Source: Polyangiales bacterium (GTDB taxonomy: Bacteria > Myxococcota_A > Polyangia > Polyangiales > Polyangiaceae). Taken from it: a stretch of 64,000 bases of DNA. The position numbers and the translations under genes were made by a program. Below the pieces are notes generated by a model. That model saw only the letters and a list, made by a program, of their open reading frames with translations, searched no databases and had not been told where the DNA came from. The stretch spans positions 32,001-96,000 of the forward strand of contig JBBRNJ010000006.1 in assembly GCA_038230375.1 (NCBI GenBank), read 5' to 3'. This document shows positions 35,078-44,978 of this stretch, piece by piece. Position 1 is the stretch's first letter. Every line of letters begins with the position of its first letter.

Positions 35078-37006
35078 CTACGGCGCCTGCTTGCGGTCAC
35101 CAGGTCGGTCCAGCGCCGGGGCACGGAGTCCGCGTGGCGCAAGCAAGACCGACGTCACGCTCGCCCCCGCGGCGCAGATCATCCCGAGAAAGGCGCGGTC
35201 GCCGAGCCACGGTGACGCGATGCTTGCGGCGAGAAAGAACGCGGCCGGAAGGTAGTACAGGCGTCGCAGCGTCAACGCGGAGACGGCGGCCACAGTGGCG
35301 AGGATGATCTCGTCGATCGAGATGATCTCCGAGAATTGACGCGCAGCGAGCACGCCGACGGTCCGGTTGATGCCGACGAGGGTTATCGCAGTGACCAGCG
35401 TGAAGCCCATCTGCCTGTTCACGCGGTTCGCGAAGAACGAGGCCCGGAAGCGGTAGAAGACAGTGAACACGACTGCCGAGCCGGGCAGCATCGCGAGCGA
35501 GATGAGGCGCGGTGTCAGCTCGAAGAGGCCAAGCATGCGGACCGTGACGACGCCGACGACCGTGAGCATGAGCACGACGGCGGCGAACCGTACGCCCCAC
35601 GCACGCTCGCGCGTCGCGACCGCGTCGTCCATGTCGTGCTCGATGAGCTTCAGGCGTTCGCGGTCCGCTCCTTCGCGCGCAAGGGCCTCGCGCAGCGACT
35701 CCAGGCTGGCCGTCAGCGCGTCCGGCGGCTCCGAGAGCTCCAGCAGAAGGGCCTCTGCTGCGGCCAGGTTCCGCTCCGATATCTCGAACGTAGCCATCTG
35801 GAGAAGCGCCTTGCCCAGTCCGTCGCGCGCGGCGGCGCATCCAGGCCAGTCGCAGAGCGCCTGCTCGAAGGCGAACCGGCACTCGTAGAAATGAGCGTGC
35901 GCGCGCGCGCGATCTCCCCCGCTCGCTGTCGCGCGCGTGAGATCAGAGAGGCGCGCGACCCCCGTGCGTGCGAGCTCGGCCGCCGCGCGGTTTCGCTCCG
36001 CCTGCGCGAGTCCCTGGCCCAGCGCCGCCGCGCTGGAGAATCTGCGCTCTCGATCCGGGCTCATCGCGCGGACGAGCACGCTCGCGATCTCGTCCGGCAC
36101 ATCGCTGCCATAGACGGGCGGCGTTGACGCCGTGATGGAGGCGAGGACGTCGGGGAGGCGCTCCTTGTCGTGCGGCGGCTTGCCCGTGAAGCACTCGTGC
36201 AGCGTGGCGCCCACCAGGTAGACGTCCGTTCGCTCGTCCATGCCGGCTTCCGCGGGCGTGAGCATCTCCGGCGCCATGTACGCGAGCGTCCCGCAGATGG
36301 CGTCGGCGCGTTGCGGCTCTCCCTTTCGCATCGCGATGCCCCAGTCGAGAAGGTAGACCTCGCCGAACTCGCCGATCATCACGTTGGCCGGCTTGACGTC
36401 ACGATGCACGATGCCCCGGCTGTGCGCGAATGCAAGCGCATCGCATACGCGCCTCCCGACCTCCAGGATCAGCGCCATGCGGTCGCCACCGGCTCGCGCC
36501 CATGCTGGGTGGTCGGGCCGCGCGAGGATCGCATCGAGCGGCGAGCCCTCGACCTTCTTCATCAGCATCAGCGGTCGACCGTTCGTGTCGCGTCCGAGCG
36601 CGTGCACCGGGACGATGCTCGGGTGCTCCAGATATCCGGTGTAGACCGCCTCGCGCAGGAGCGCCGACATCACGCCCGGGTTCGCGCCGTCATGAGGGCG
36701 CTTGAGCGCGACCTCGCGCTGGAGCGAGCGCTGCTTCGCGAGCACCACGACGCCCATGCCTCCCTGGCCGAGCGTCGCGCCAAGGGTGAGGTCGCTCTGG
36801 TCCGCGTCCAGGTCCGCCACGGAGAGCAGCGGGAGCGCCCGCGCGTCCACGCTCTCGGGCCCCACGAGCGGCACTGCCACGGGCAGCGGGATCGCGGGCA
36901 GCGTGGCCGCCAGCACGCCGACCGTGGCGTCGAACGGCAGCGCGGGGCCTTGCGCCTCGATGGCCGCCTGCGCTGCGGCGACGATCGCGTCTTTGGGCGA
37001 GCTCAC
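35078..37006 (-). CDS. Ser/Thr protein kinase with C-terminal multi-TM region
   Basis: LGQGGMG, VALK, HRDVKPAN, DWG and GTLAYMAPE motifs; hydrophobic C-terminus. Confidence 0.9.
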   Translation of the reverse strand: MSSPKDAIVAAAQAAIEAQGPALPFDATVGVLAATLPAIPLPVAVPLVGPESVDARALPLLSVADLDADQSDLTLGATLGQGGMGVVVLAKQRSLQREVALKRPHDGANPGVMSALLREAVYTGYLEHPSIVPVHALGRDTNGRPLMLMKKVEGSPLDAILARPDHPAWARAGGDRMALILEVGRRVCDALAFAHSRGIVHRDVKPANVMIGEFGEVYLLDWGIAMRKGEPQRADAICGTLAYMAPEMLTPAEAGMDERTDVYLVGATLHECFTGKPPHDKERLPDVLASITASTPPVYGSDVPDEIASVLVRAMSPDRERRFSSAAALGQGLAQAERNRAAAELARTGVARLSDLTRATASGGDRARAHAHFYECRFAFEQALCDWPGCAAARDGLGKALLQMATFEISERNLAAAEALLLELSEPPDALTASLESLREALAREGADRERLKLIEHDMDDAVATRERAWGVRFAAVVLMLTVVGVVTVRMLGLFELTPRLISLAMLPGSAVVFTVFYRFRASFFANRVNRQMGFTLVTAITLVGINRTVGVLAARQFSEIISIDEIILATVAAVSALTLRRLYYLPAAFFLAASIASPWLGDRAFLGMICAAGASVTSVLLAPRGLRAPALDRPGDRKQAP

Positions 37007-37063
37007 GCCGGGATCATACCGTCACGCGCGCGCTCGCGTTCGAGAAAACAAGCTCGATTCTCG

Positions 37064-37803
37064 CTACGTGCGCAGTGCAAGAACGCCGCGGGAGCGACGG
37101 CGACGACGGAGCTGGACGCCGTGGGCAGCTGTCAAGGCGACATCATGAACATCCATGGTGCGCTTCACTGCAACAAGGACGGCACCATTCCGCCGGGCGC
37201 GTACCAGTCGACCTGTCCGTACGCGTGGACCGACTCGGGAGGGGGGCTTTCGGCACGCTGCAATAGCCCACGGCACACGTCCCCCGCGTTCTCTGCGTCG
37301 GTCCCCAATTTTCGGCAGTGCGTCGGCGACATCTTCGCCTTCATGCGGCGTGCCCGGGCGGCGGCGGTGGCATATCGGCGATCAACGTCGCGACGTGCAC
37401 CCAACCCATCGACAACGCCAGCGGGTACCTTCGCTGCGGTCCCGCCAGTCCCACACCCACGGTCACCGTCTCGCAGGTCGTGAGCTCGACGCTCGCGAAG
37501 GCGAAGGCGGACATCCAGGCAGCGGGCCTCACGATCAAACACATGGACAGCTCCTGCGGCGGCCAGCTCGACGGCTCGTCGGTCGACATCACCCGCTGCG
37601 TTCCTCCGCCCGTCACCGACACCGCCGGCCCGACGTGCTCGGCGACGTACATGACCCTCTGCGCGATCTGCCCGGGCGAGATCTCCGGCGACAAGAAGAG
37701 CCAGTTCGCCGGCTACTCGTGCGCCTCGGAGTCCGACACCATCGATGCGCTCCAGCAGCAATTCGTGAACTGCACAGTCCAGTCCGGCGCCTGCGCCTTT
37801 TAG
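37064..37803 (+). pseudogene. Truncated and frameshifted CVNH-like repeat plus PASTA-like protein
   Basis: LRAQC...SCQGDIMNIHGALHC..PPGAYQSTC..LSARC..QCVGDI in one frame. It continues in another frame as LHAAC...CTQPIDNASGYLRC and VTVSQVVSSTLAKAKADIQAAGL. No proper 5' end. Confidence 0.55.
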
Positions 37804-37867
37804 CGACAGCGCGCCGCGTCTCCGGCGCATGCGGCGTTGCAGAGTTCCGCGTCGATGCGAGTCCCGG

Positions 37868-38278
37868 TCAATCGCCGGCGCTCGCGTCGGACGCGGCCTC
37901 CGCGGTGCTGTCCGCACTCCCGTCGACGCTCACGATTGCGGCGTCGCTATCACTCGCATCGGCTGCGTCTGGACACGGCGTCGCGCCGAGGCAGCCGCTG
38001 GTCACGTTGCACGACCAGCTGGTGCCATTGCAGCTGCAGGTCCACGTTGTTGGACAACCCGGCGGGCACGTGGGGGTCATCGTGAACTGACACGCGGTGC
38101 CGGCGCTGCAGGTGCCGATGGGGAACTCTCGGTCGCACTGCGGTGGCGGAGGGCCCGAATCCCGCTCCTGGTTGCCTGAGAAATCCGTGGACCGAACCGT
38201 CGCGCTCGAACACGCGTACGAGATGCACGCAACCGCGAGTGCAAAGCCGAGGCGCGACGATCTGCGATGGTGCATCAT
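37868..38278 (-). CDS. Small Cys-rich lipoprotein
   Basis: Signal ...ACISYAC, a Cys-rich module and a D/A/S tail. Confidence 0.55.
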   Translation of the reverse strand: MMHHRRSSRLGFALAVACISYACSSATVRSTDFSGNQERDSGPPPPQCDREFPIGTCSAGTACQFTMTPTCPPGCPTTWTCSCNGTSWSCNVTSGCLGATPCPDAADASDSDAAIVSVDGSADSTAEAASDASAGD

Positions 38279-38802
38279 GGAGGCTGACAGATGGTGCTGG
38301 CATCGTGTGAGCCGTTCGCTGCATCGGCGCCGGTGTCTGGTGTGGCGTCTGCGGAGGCGTCTCCTCCAGCGTGTGTGGGCGCGCATACGTGACCCACGGT
38401 GCACTGCGCGGTGCTCGTGCAGCGCGAACCGTCGGCCAGGCCGCGCGGGCGGCAGAGGCCCTCGATGCATTCTTGATCAGTCGTGCATGTGGCGTCGGTC
38501 GCGCAGGTCGCGAAGCACGCAACGCCGCCATAGCTGTTCGGTGATGCACACACGGTGCCGGCGCCGCAGACGCGCGGGTCCCCATCGGTGTATTCGACGC
38601 CGTGCTGGTCACTGCATCCCGTCGCTTTGCGCGTGACGATCGCCGTGCCGTCGGCGGTGCATGCCTCCGTCGCGGGAAACTTGCTCGGGAGCTGGGTGTA
38701 CTCGTCACACTTGCCAGATCCAGGGAGGCACCCCACCGCCACGCAGAGGCCGAGCGAGCTCATGCCGAAGACCCACCCCAGACTCGCTCCCCCTCGCGGC
38801 AT
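38275..38802 (-). CDS. Cys-rich secreted/lipoprotein
   Basis: AVGC lipobox-like motif and CxTDxxC/CxSxxQC repeats. Stop overlaps the next ATG. Confidence 0.5.
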   Translation of the reverse strand: MPRGGASLGWVFGMSSLGLCVAVGCLPGSGKCDEYTQLPSKFPATEACTADGTAIVTRKATGCSDQHGVEYTDGDPRVCGAGTVCASPNSYGGVACFATCATDATCTTDQECIEGLCRPRGLADGSRCTSTAQCTVGHVCAPTHAGGDASADATPDTGADAANGSHDASTICQPP

Positions 38803-38882
38803 CACAGGGAAGGATGGTGCCTTGAGGCGGCGGAAGCAAGTGACAGCCACTGACATGCTGGAAGCACCAGCGCGCGGCGCGG

Positions 38883-39083
38883 TCAGGGCATGGAGTAGGT
38901 CGGCGCGCTCATGTTGTCGTGCTTCCTCGCGGCGTCGCCGATCTTGTCCGCGGTGTGGTGGAAGTGCAGCGCCTGCTCGGTGAAGCCAGGCGCGCCCGCG
39001 CCCATGTGCGTGCACATCGCGCCCATCTGTTCGGAGAAGCCCAGGCGCCCCGCTGCGCCTTCGATCCCTGCGCACGCAACCAA
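38883..39083 (-). pseudogene. Internal fragment of a cytochrome c'-like protein
   Basis: AGRLGFSEQMGAMCTHMGAGAPGFTEQALHFHHTADKIGDAARKHD resembles the middle of small helical c-type cytochromes as recalled. It lacks a signal peptide and the C-terminal CxxCH. Confidence 0.45.
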
Positions 39084-39141
39084 TTGTTCACGTCACGCAT
39101 CCAGAGCCGTGGGTCTCCAGCTTCGTAAACGCTGTACTGAG

Positions 39142-39218
39142 TGGCGCGCCACAGAGGATTCGAACCTCTGACCTTCGGCTTCGGAGACCAACGCTCTATC
39201 CAGCTGAGCTAGTGGCGC
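39142..39218 (-). tRNA. tRNA-Arg(CCG), canonical
   Basis: GCGCCACTAGCTCAGCTGGATAGAGCG-TTGGT-CTCCGAA-GCCGA-AGGTC-AGAGGTTCGAATCCTCT-GTGGCGC-GCCA. Confidence 0.95.
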
Positions 39219-39256
39219 AACGCGAGGAAACATACTGCATGGTAGGCTCGCCGTCG

Positions 39257-40507
39257 ATGCCTCCTGCGGGCGACGCCGTAAAAAGAAGCCTCAGTTTGGA
39301 AGACGTCGCGGACTACCTTCTCGAGGTGGGGTCCACGCTCGCTTCTTGCGGCTGCCCCTCGTATCGGCTGGAAGACACGGTGCGCGCGATCGCCGAGCTC
39401 GAGGGCGTCCACGCCGAGCCCTTCGCGCTGCCCACCGGCTTCTTCCTCTCCATCAAGGCTGACGGCTCGGATGCGCCGCCGGTCGTCCGCATGACGCGCG
39501 TCGAGGAGGGCGGCATGAACCTCGGCCGTCTCGTCGCCGTCGATCGCATCTTCAACGACGTGGCCGATCGCAAGACCAGCATCGACGAGGCGCGCGTCCG
39601 CCTGCGGTCACTCGCCAAGTCCGAGCAGCCCTACCCCCGCTTCGTTCGCTGGGCCGCCATCACGTCGTGCTCCGGCGCCGCGGCCGTCTTCTTCGGCGGC
39701 GGGCTCGTCGAGGTCGTCGCCGCGATGCTCACTGGCATCGCGATCTATGCGTTCGGAAGCGTCGTGAGCAGGCTCCCGTCCGGCAGATTCGTCGTGGATT
39801 TCTTCGGCGGATTCGTTGCTGCATGCGCCGCTGCGCTCGCCACGAAGGTGCGCCCCACGATCGCGTACGAGGTCGTCGTCCTCTCCGGCGTCATCACGCT
39901 CATCCCCGGCATGAAGTTCACGACAGGCCTCGCGGAGCTCACGAAGAAGAGCCTGGTCTCCGGCGGCGCGCGCCTCGCGGATGCCATGGTCACGTTCCTA
40001 TCCATCTCCTTCGGCATCGCGCTCGCCATCGGCGCGCAGCAGGTCCTCCATCTCTCGCCCCCCACGGCCACAACGCGCGAAGGCCTGGGGCTCTTCGCCC
40101 ATGCGATCGCGCTGGTCGTCTCTTCCGTCGCGTTCGGCGTTCTGTTCGCTGTGCCCCGCACGTACATCTGGGGCGCGCTCGTCAGCGGCGCCGTGGGCTA
40201 CACCGCGACCGCGCTCGCCACCCGTATGCTCTCCGCGCACATCGCAGCATTCATCGCGGCGCTCGCCGTATGCCTCCTCGCCAACGGCCTGGCGCGCACC
40301 ACACGCCGCCCCGCCCAGCTCTTTCAGGTGCCAGGAATGATGTTGCTCGTGCCTGGCAGCTTCGGCTTTCTCTCGCTCGGCGACTTCCTCTCGGGGGACA
40401 TCCAGAGCGGCGCGACGAAGGGCTTCCAGATGGTGCTCATCGGCGGCGCGCTCGTGATGGGCGTGCTGCTCTCCAACCTGATCTTGCCGTCGCGCAAGCT
40501 CTTGTAG
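39257..40507 (+). CDS. Threonine/serine exporter (ThrE) family protein
   Basis: GCPSYRLED, FFGGG, LIPG..T.GL.EL and LLVPGS motifs; about 10 TM segments. Confidence 0.85.
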   Translation: MPPAGDAVKRSLSLEDVADYLLEVGSTLASCGCPSYRLEDTVRAIAELEGVHAEPFALPTGFFLSIKADGSDAPPVVRMTRVEEGGMNLGRLVAVDRIFNDVADRKTSIDEARVRLRSLAKSEQPYPRFVRWAAITSCSGAAAVFFGGGLVEVVAAMLTGIAIYAFGSVVSRLPSGRFVVDFFGGFVAACAAALATKVRPTIAYEVVVLSGVITLIPGMKFTTGLAELTKKSLVSGGARLADAMVTFLSISFGIALAIGAQQVLHLSPPTATTREGLGLFAHAIALVVSSVAFGVLFAVPRTYIWGALVSGAVGYTATALATRMLSAHIAAFIAALAVCLLANGLARTTRRPAQLFQVPGMMLLVPGSFGFLSLGDFLSGDIQSGATKGFQMVLIGGALVMGVLLSNLILPSRKLL

Positions 40508-40534
40508 TTTACACGTATCGACGTGTCTGGCAGT

Positions 40535-42103
40535 TCAGCGGCGGTGATGGCCAGTTGCGCTGGGCACGGCACTGGGCACGGCACTGGGCGCGGCACTGGG
40601 CGCGGCGCTGGGCACCACGCTTGGCGGCGGTGTCGGCGTGAGGGCGGGCGCGCTGGTCAGCGTGGTCGTGGCGCCTGTGAGCGGCGTCGTGGGCGGGGGG
40701 GCGACGGTCTGCACCGTGGTGCTCGAGCCCGACGTTCGCTGCGCGCCTTTTTCCTGGAGCGCGCGCATGCCGACCAGGAGCCCGACGCCAACACCCACCG
40801 TGAGGCCCACCACGGACAGCGCCATCTTCAGGTTGTTGCGGTTCGGCGCGGGCGTCTGCACGAGGCCCATCTGCGTGTTGGGCGCGGCGATCGCAAGCTG
40901 GCCCTGCGCCGCGCCTTGCGCGTGCATGGGTATGGGGGGCGGAAGCGCCGGACCACCAGGCGATGGCGTGGGTCCGCGGCTGTAGAGCGCAGGCGGCGGC
41001 GGCAGCTGCGACGGGCTGATCGGCAGCGGAGGCGTGACGACCGCGACGTTCGATGCGCTCTGCACCAGCTCCGGGATCTTCTGTGCTTCGCGCTTGCTCT
41101 CGGGGCCGTCGTCGCCGTCGACGCTGATCGACGCGATCGACACGCGCTCGATCTGCTGCATGACGCGCGCGCGCGCGTGGATCTTGTCGCCGGCGATGCG
41201 ATCGACCCAGGCGCCGATCTCGCGCACGGTCGCCGGCTGCATGGCGCGCTCGAGCTGGATGGCCATCTCACGCGCGTTCGACCACCGATGCTCCGCCTCG
41301 CGGTCGAGGCCCTTCATGAGCACCTCGTCGACGGAGCGCGGGATGTTGGGCACCACCTGGCTGGGCGGACGGATCGGATCGCTGACGACGGCCTGCGCGA
41401 TCGCCTCGAACGAGTCGCCCTGGAACAGCCGCTCGCCCGTGAGCGCCTGCCACAAGCAGACGGACGCACCGAAGATGTCCGCGCGCAGATCCACGTGACC
41501 GCCGACCAGCTGCTCCGGCGCCATGTACGCCGCCTTGCCCTTGATCAGATCACCCTTGGTCTCGGTGCGCTTCGCGGTGGCCTTCGCAACGCCGAAGTCC
41601 AGCACGCGCGTGACGCCGTCAACACCGACCATGATGTTCTGCGGCGACACGTCGCGGTGGACGAGGCCAAGCGGCTTGCCCTTCTCGCTCTTCGCCTCGT
41701 GCGCGGCATGCAGACCTTCCAATGCGCCGCACATGATGCCCACGGCGATCCGCGGCGGCATCTGTTCGCCCATGCGCTTGGCCACGCGCACCAGACGCGA
41801 GAGCGTCTCACCGTGCACGTAGTCCATCACGAGGAGGATCTCCTCGTTCAAGGACACGACGTCCAGCGCCGGCACCACGTTCGGGTGGCGCACGCGGGCG
41901 GCCAGGCGCGCTTCCTCGAGGAACATCTTCACGAAGTCCGGGTCGCCGGCGAGCTCCGGCAAGAGGCGCTTGATGGCGACCGGGCGAGAGAAGCCGACCT
42001 GCCCGAGCAAGCGCCCGTAGTGCACCGTCGCCATGCCTCCGGCGGCGATCTCTCCGTAGAGAGCGTATCGCCCGTAGACCTGACTATCTTCGGTGCCCGA
42101 CAT
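40535..42103 (-). CDS. Membrane Ser/Thr protein kinase
   Basis: IAAGGMATV, VAIK, HRDVSPQN, DFGVAK and KGKAAYMAPE motifs; Pro-rich linker and one TM segment. Confidence 0.9.
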   Translation of the reverse strand: MSGTEDSQVYGRYALYGEIAAGGMATVHYGRLLGQVGFSRPVAIKRLLPELAGDPDFVKMFLEEARLAARVRHPNVVPALDVVSLNEEILLVMDYVHGETLSRLVRVAKRMGEQMPPRIAVGIMCGALEGLHAAHEAKSEKGKPLGLVHRDVSPQNIMVGVDGVTRVLDFGVAKATAKRTETKGDLIKGKAAYMAPEQLVGGHVDLRADIFGASVCLWQALTGERLFQGDSFEAIAQAVVSDPIRPPSQVVPNIPRSVDEVLMKGLDREAEHRWSNAREMAIQLERAMQPATVREIGAWVDRIAGDKIHARARVMQQIERVSIASISVDGDDGPESKREAQKIPELVQSASNVAVVTPPLPISPSQLPPPPALYSRGPTPSPGGPALPPPIPMHAQGAAQGQLAIAAPNTQMGLVQTPAPNRNNLKMALSVVGLTVGVGVGLLVGMRALQEKGAQRTSGSSTTVQTVAPPPTTPLTGATTTLTSAPALTPTPPPSVVPSAAPSAAPSAVPSAVPSATGHHRR

Positions 42104-42189
42104 CCCGCCACGGACCCTAGCAAAACTTACTGGAATTTTCGACCATCCAGAGCTTGCGTCGCGGGGAAAACGAGCCTACTGCCAGTCAC

Positions 42190-43167
42190 ATGTCGAGCGG
42201 CATGACTCGCTTCGCCCGCTTTTCCTGGGGAGTGCTCGCGTACAACGTGCTCGTCATTCTCTGGGGCGCTTTCGTCCGCGCGAGCGGCTCGGGCGCAGGT
42301 TGCGGGCGTCACTGGCCCATGTGCAACGGCACCGTGGTCCAGCGCGCACCGAAGATCGAGACCATCATCGAGCTCACCCATCGCGTCACCAGCGGCATCT
42401 GCCTCGTGCTGGTCGTCGGGCTCGTCATCGCATCGCGCTACGCGTTTCCGAAGGGCCATCCTGCACGCAAGTCCGCCGCGTGGGCTGCTGGATTCACGGC
42501 GGGTGAGGCGCTCCTTGGCGCGGGCCTCGTCCTGTTCGAGCTCGTCGCGCACGACGCCTCCATGAAGCGCGCGCTGTCGATGATGTTGCATCTGGGCAAC
42601 ACGTTCTTCCTGCTGGGCGCGCTCACGCTGACGGCGCACTACGCCACGGGCGGCGCGCGCATGCGCGTGCGAGGGCAGGGGCTCGTCGCGATCCCTCTGT
42701 GGATCGCCACCATCGGCTTCTTCGTGCTCGGCGCTAGCGGCGCGATCGCCGCGCTCGGTGACACGCTCTTCCCCGCGCGCAGCCTTGCCGAGGGCATCCA
42801 GCAAGAGCTCACGCCCGGCGCGCACATACTGCTCAAGCTCCGCGTGTTCCATCCCGTACTCGCGGTGCTCGTCGGCATCATCGTCTCCGCCGCCGGCATG
42901 ATCACGCGCATGATGCGACCCGACGAAGCAAAGGTCCGTTTCTACTCACGCGCGCTTGTGGCCATGTTCATGGTCCAGGTCTGCGTCGGGCTCCTGAATC
43001 TGCAGCTCCTCGTGCCCATGTGGACGCAGATCGTGCACCTGTTGTGCGCGGATATCACGTTCATCCTGCTGGTTCTGACGTGTGCCGTCACGTTGCAAGA
43101 CGGCGGGACCGAGCCTCGTGCTATTTTTGGACCCGATGCGACCCGTGGAGCTGTCCACCAGCGTTGA
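42190..43167 (+). CDS. COX15/CtaA heme A synthase family protein
   Basis: VRASGSGAGCGRHWPMCNG, IELTHR and conserved His in the TM helices. Confidence 0.85.
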   Translation: MSSGMTRFARFSWGVLAYNVLVILWGAFVRASGSGAGCGRHWPMCNGTVVQRAPKIETIIELTHRVTSGICLVLVVGLVIASRYAFPKGHPARKSAAWAAGFTAGEALLGAGLVLFELVAHDASMKRALSMMLHLGNTFFLLGALTLTAHYATGGARMRVRGQGLVAIPLWIATIGFFVLGASGAIAALGDTLFPARSLAEGIQQELTPGAHILLKLRVFHPVLAVLVGIIVSAAGMITRMMRPDEAKVRFYSRALVAMFMVQVCVGLLNLQLLVPMWTQIVHLLCADITFILLVLTCAVTLQDGGTEPRAIFGPDATRGAVHQR

Positions 43168-44950
43168 CCTCGTCTCGGCGGCGAAGGACGTCTGGCCCTA
43201 CATCACGGATACGGACCGTGCGAACCGCCTCGTGGGCGGCAAGCCCGTCACGTACGAGTCCATCGAGGCGGACGAGAAATCCAGCGCGCGGTTCGTTGCC
43301 TCCACGACCGTCGGCGGCTTCAACGTCACCTACGAGGAGTCACCGTTCGAGTGGACGCTGAACAAGTCCTTCAGCGTGTACCGCCGCATGCGCAACGGGC
43401 CGCTCAAGTCGTACACGTACAGTCTCGCGCTCGAGGCCCTGCCCGACGGGGGCACGCGGGTCACCGTTGGCATCTCGCTCGTTCCGCGCCACTGGGTGCT
43501 CGCGCCGATCGTGCGCTTCCAGGCCCGCGGGTTCGTGCAGGGGTTCGCGCAGCTGTGCGAGGCGATCGACCTCCACGTGCAGAAGAACGCGCCAAGCCCG
43601 TTCGAGAACCCGCGCGCGCCGGCGAACGAGGACGGCCTGGAGCGCGGCGCAAAGGGCCTGGCCAAGCACGACATCCAGGCGGCCGTCGTGGAGAAGCTGG
43701 TCGACATGCTGCGCAACGGGCCGGACGCGGATCTGATCCGCATTCGCCCGTTCGAGGTCGCCGACATGTGGAAGCTCCCCCAGACCGAGGTGCTGCGCGG
43801 CTTCCTCTACGGCGTGACCACGGGTCTGTTCGAGCTGCGCTGGGCGCTCGTCTGTCCGAGCTGTCGCACCGCCAACGTCGAGGTGGAGTCGCTGGCGGAG
43901 ATCGGCGACGGTGGCCACTGCCAGATGTGCGACATCTCGTACGGCGTTGATCTCGATCGCGCCGTGGAGGCCACGTTCATCGCGCACCCGGGCATCCGCG
44001 AGGTGACGAGCCAGATGTTCTGCATGGGCGGTCCCGCGCGCACGCCGCACGTGCTCGTGCAGAAGAACATCGAGATCGGCGCGACCGCGAAGCTGCCCGC
44101 TCCCGAAGACGACGGCCGCTACCGGCTATTTTCTCGGGGCGGCGCCATGTGCACCATCGAGCTGGGCGACGACGCCCCGGCCGAGGTCGACGTGGTCATC
44201 ACGGGTGAAGACCGCATGAGCCGCGACGCGATTCGCATCAAGCCCGGCGGTACGGTCGTCGTCACCAACGAGACGAACGACGCACGCCACGTGAAGCTAG
44301 AGCGCCTCCTCTACGCGAACCTTGCCGCCACGGCGCACAAGGTCACGCTCATGAGCGAGTTCCGCCGCCTCTTCTCGCGCGACCTGTTGAAGCCCGGCAC
44401 GCCGCTGAAGGTCGCGAGCTCCGCGATCCTGTTCTCGGACCTCACGGGCTCCACGGCGCTCTACTCCAGCGTGGGTGACGCCACGGCCTTCCGCATCGTC
44501 GACGATCACTTCGACGTGCTGCGCGCTGCGCTCGACCCGCATGGAGGCACCGTGGTGAAGACCATGGGCGACGCTGTGATGGCGGCGTTCGTGGACCCGG
44601 TCAGCGCGGTAGAGGCAGCGCGCGACTGCCTCGAGCGCTTCGATGCGTGGAGGGCAACGACCACGCACGGCGAGCTGATCGGCCTCAAGCTCGGTATCTT
44701 CTCGGGCCCCTGCTACGTGGTGACGGCGAACGGCGCCATCGACTACTTCGGTCAGACGGTGAACTGCGCCGCACGCGTGCAGCACCTGGCCTCATCGGGC
44801 GAGCTGATCCTCGAGAAGTCGCTCTACGAGAGCCTCAGCGGGAAGAACAAGGCCGCGTTCACGGTGGTCGAAGAGATCACCACCTCCGTGAAGGGCGTCG
44901 ACCGCCCGCTGGAGCTCCTGCGCACGCGCCTTTCGACGGTCTCGGCTTAG
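43136..44950 (+). CDS. SRPBCC + DUF5939 + class III adenylate/guanylate cyclase
   Basis: VWPYITDTDRANR; CPSC/HCQMC; FSDLTGSTALY; VKTMGDAVMA; DYFGQTVNCAARVQ. Confidence 0.85.
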   Translation: MRPVELSTSVDLVSAAKDVWPYITDTDRANRLVGGKPVTYESIEADEKSSARFVASTTVGGFNVTYEESPFEWTLNKSFSVYRRMRNGPLKSYTYSLALEALPDGGTRVTVGISLVPRHWVLAPIVRFQARGFVQGFAQLCEAIDLHVQKNAPSPFENPRAPANEDGLERGAKGLAKHDIQAAVVEKLVDMLRNGPDADLIRIRPFEVADMWKLPQTEVLRGFLYGVTTGLFELRWALVCPSCRTANVEVESLAEIGDGGHCQMCDISYGVDLDRAVEATFIAHPGIREVTSQMFCMGGPARTPHVLVQKNIEIGATAKLPAPEDDGRYRLFSRGGAMCTIELGDDAPAEVDVVITGEDRMSRDAIRIKPGGTVVVTNETNDARHVKLERLLYANLAATAHKVTLMSEFRRLFSRDLLKPGTPLKVASSAILFSDLTGSTALYSSVGDATAFRIVDDHFDVLRAALDPHGGTVVKTMGDAVMAAFVDPVSAVEAARDCLERFDAWRATTTHGELIGLKLGIFSGPCYVVTANGAIDYFGQTVNCAARVQHLASSGELILEKSLYESLSGKNKAAFTVVEEITTSVKGVDRPLELLRTRLSTVSA

Positions 44951-44978
44951 CGCTCACCTTCCGCCGCCAACGGTAGCT

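Noticed and set aside
37020..39218. Intact prophage or integrative element at tRNA-Arg(CCG)
   Set aside because: No integrase, transposase, phage gene or att direct repeat was seen; only gene fragments are present.
40556..40625. 12-bp repeats GCRCTGGGCRCG
   Set aside because: They encode the PSAA/PSAV low-complexity tail of the kinase, an ordinary coding repeat.
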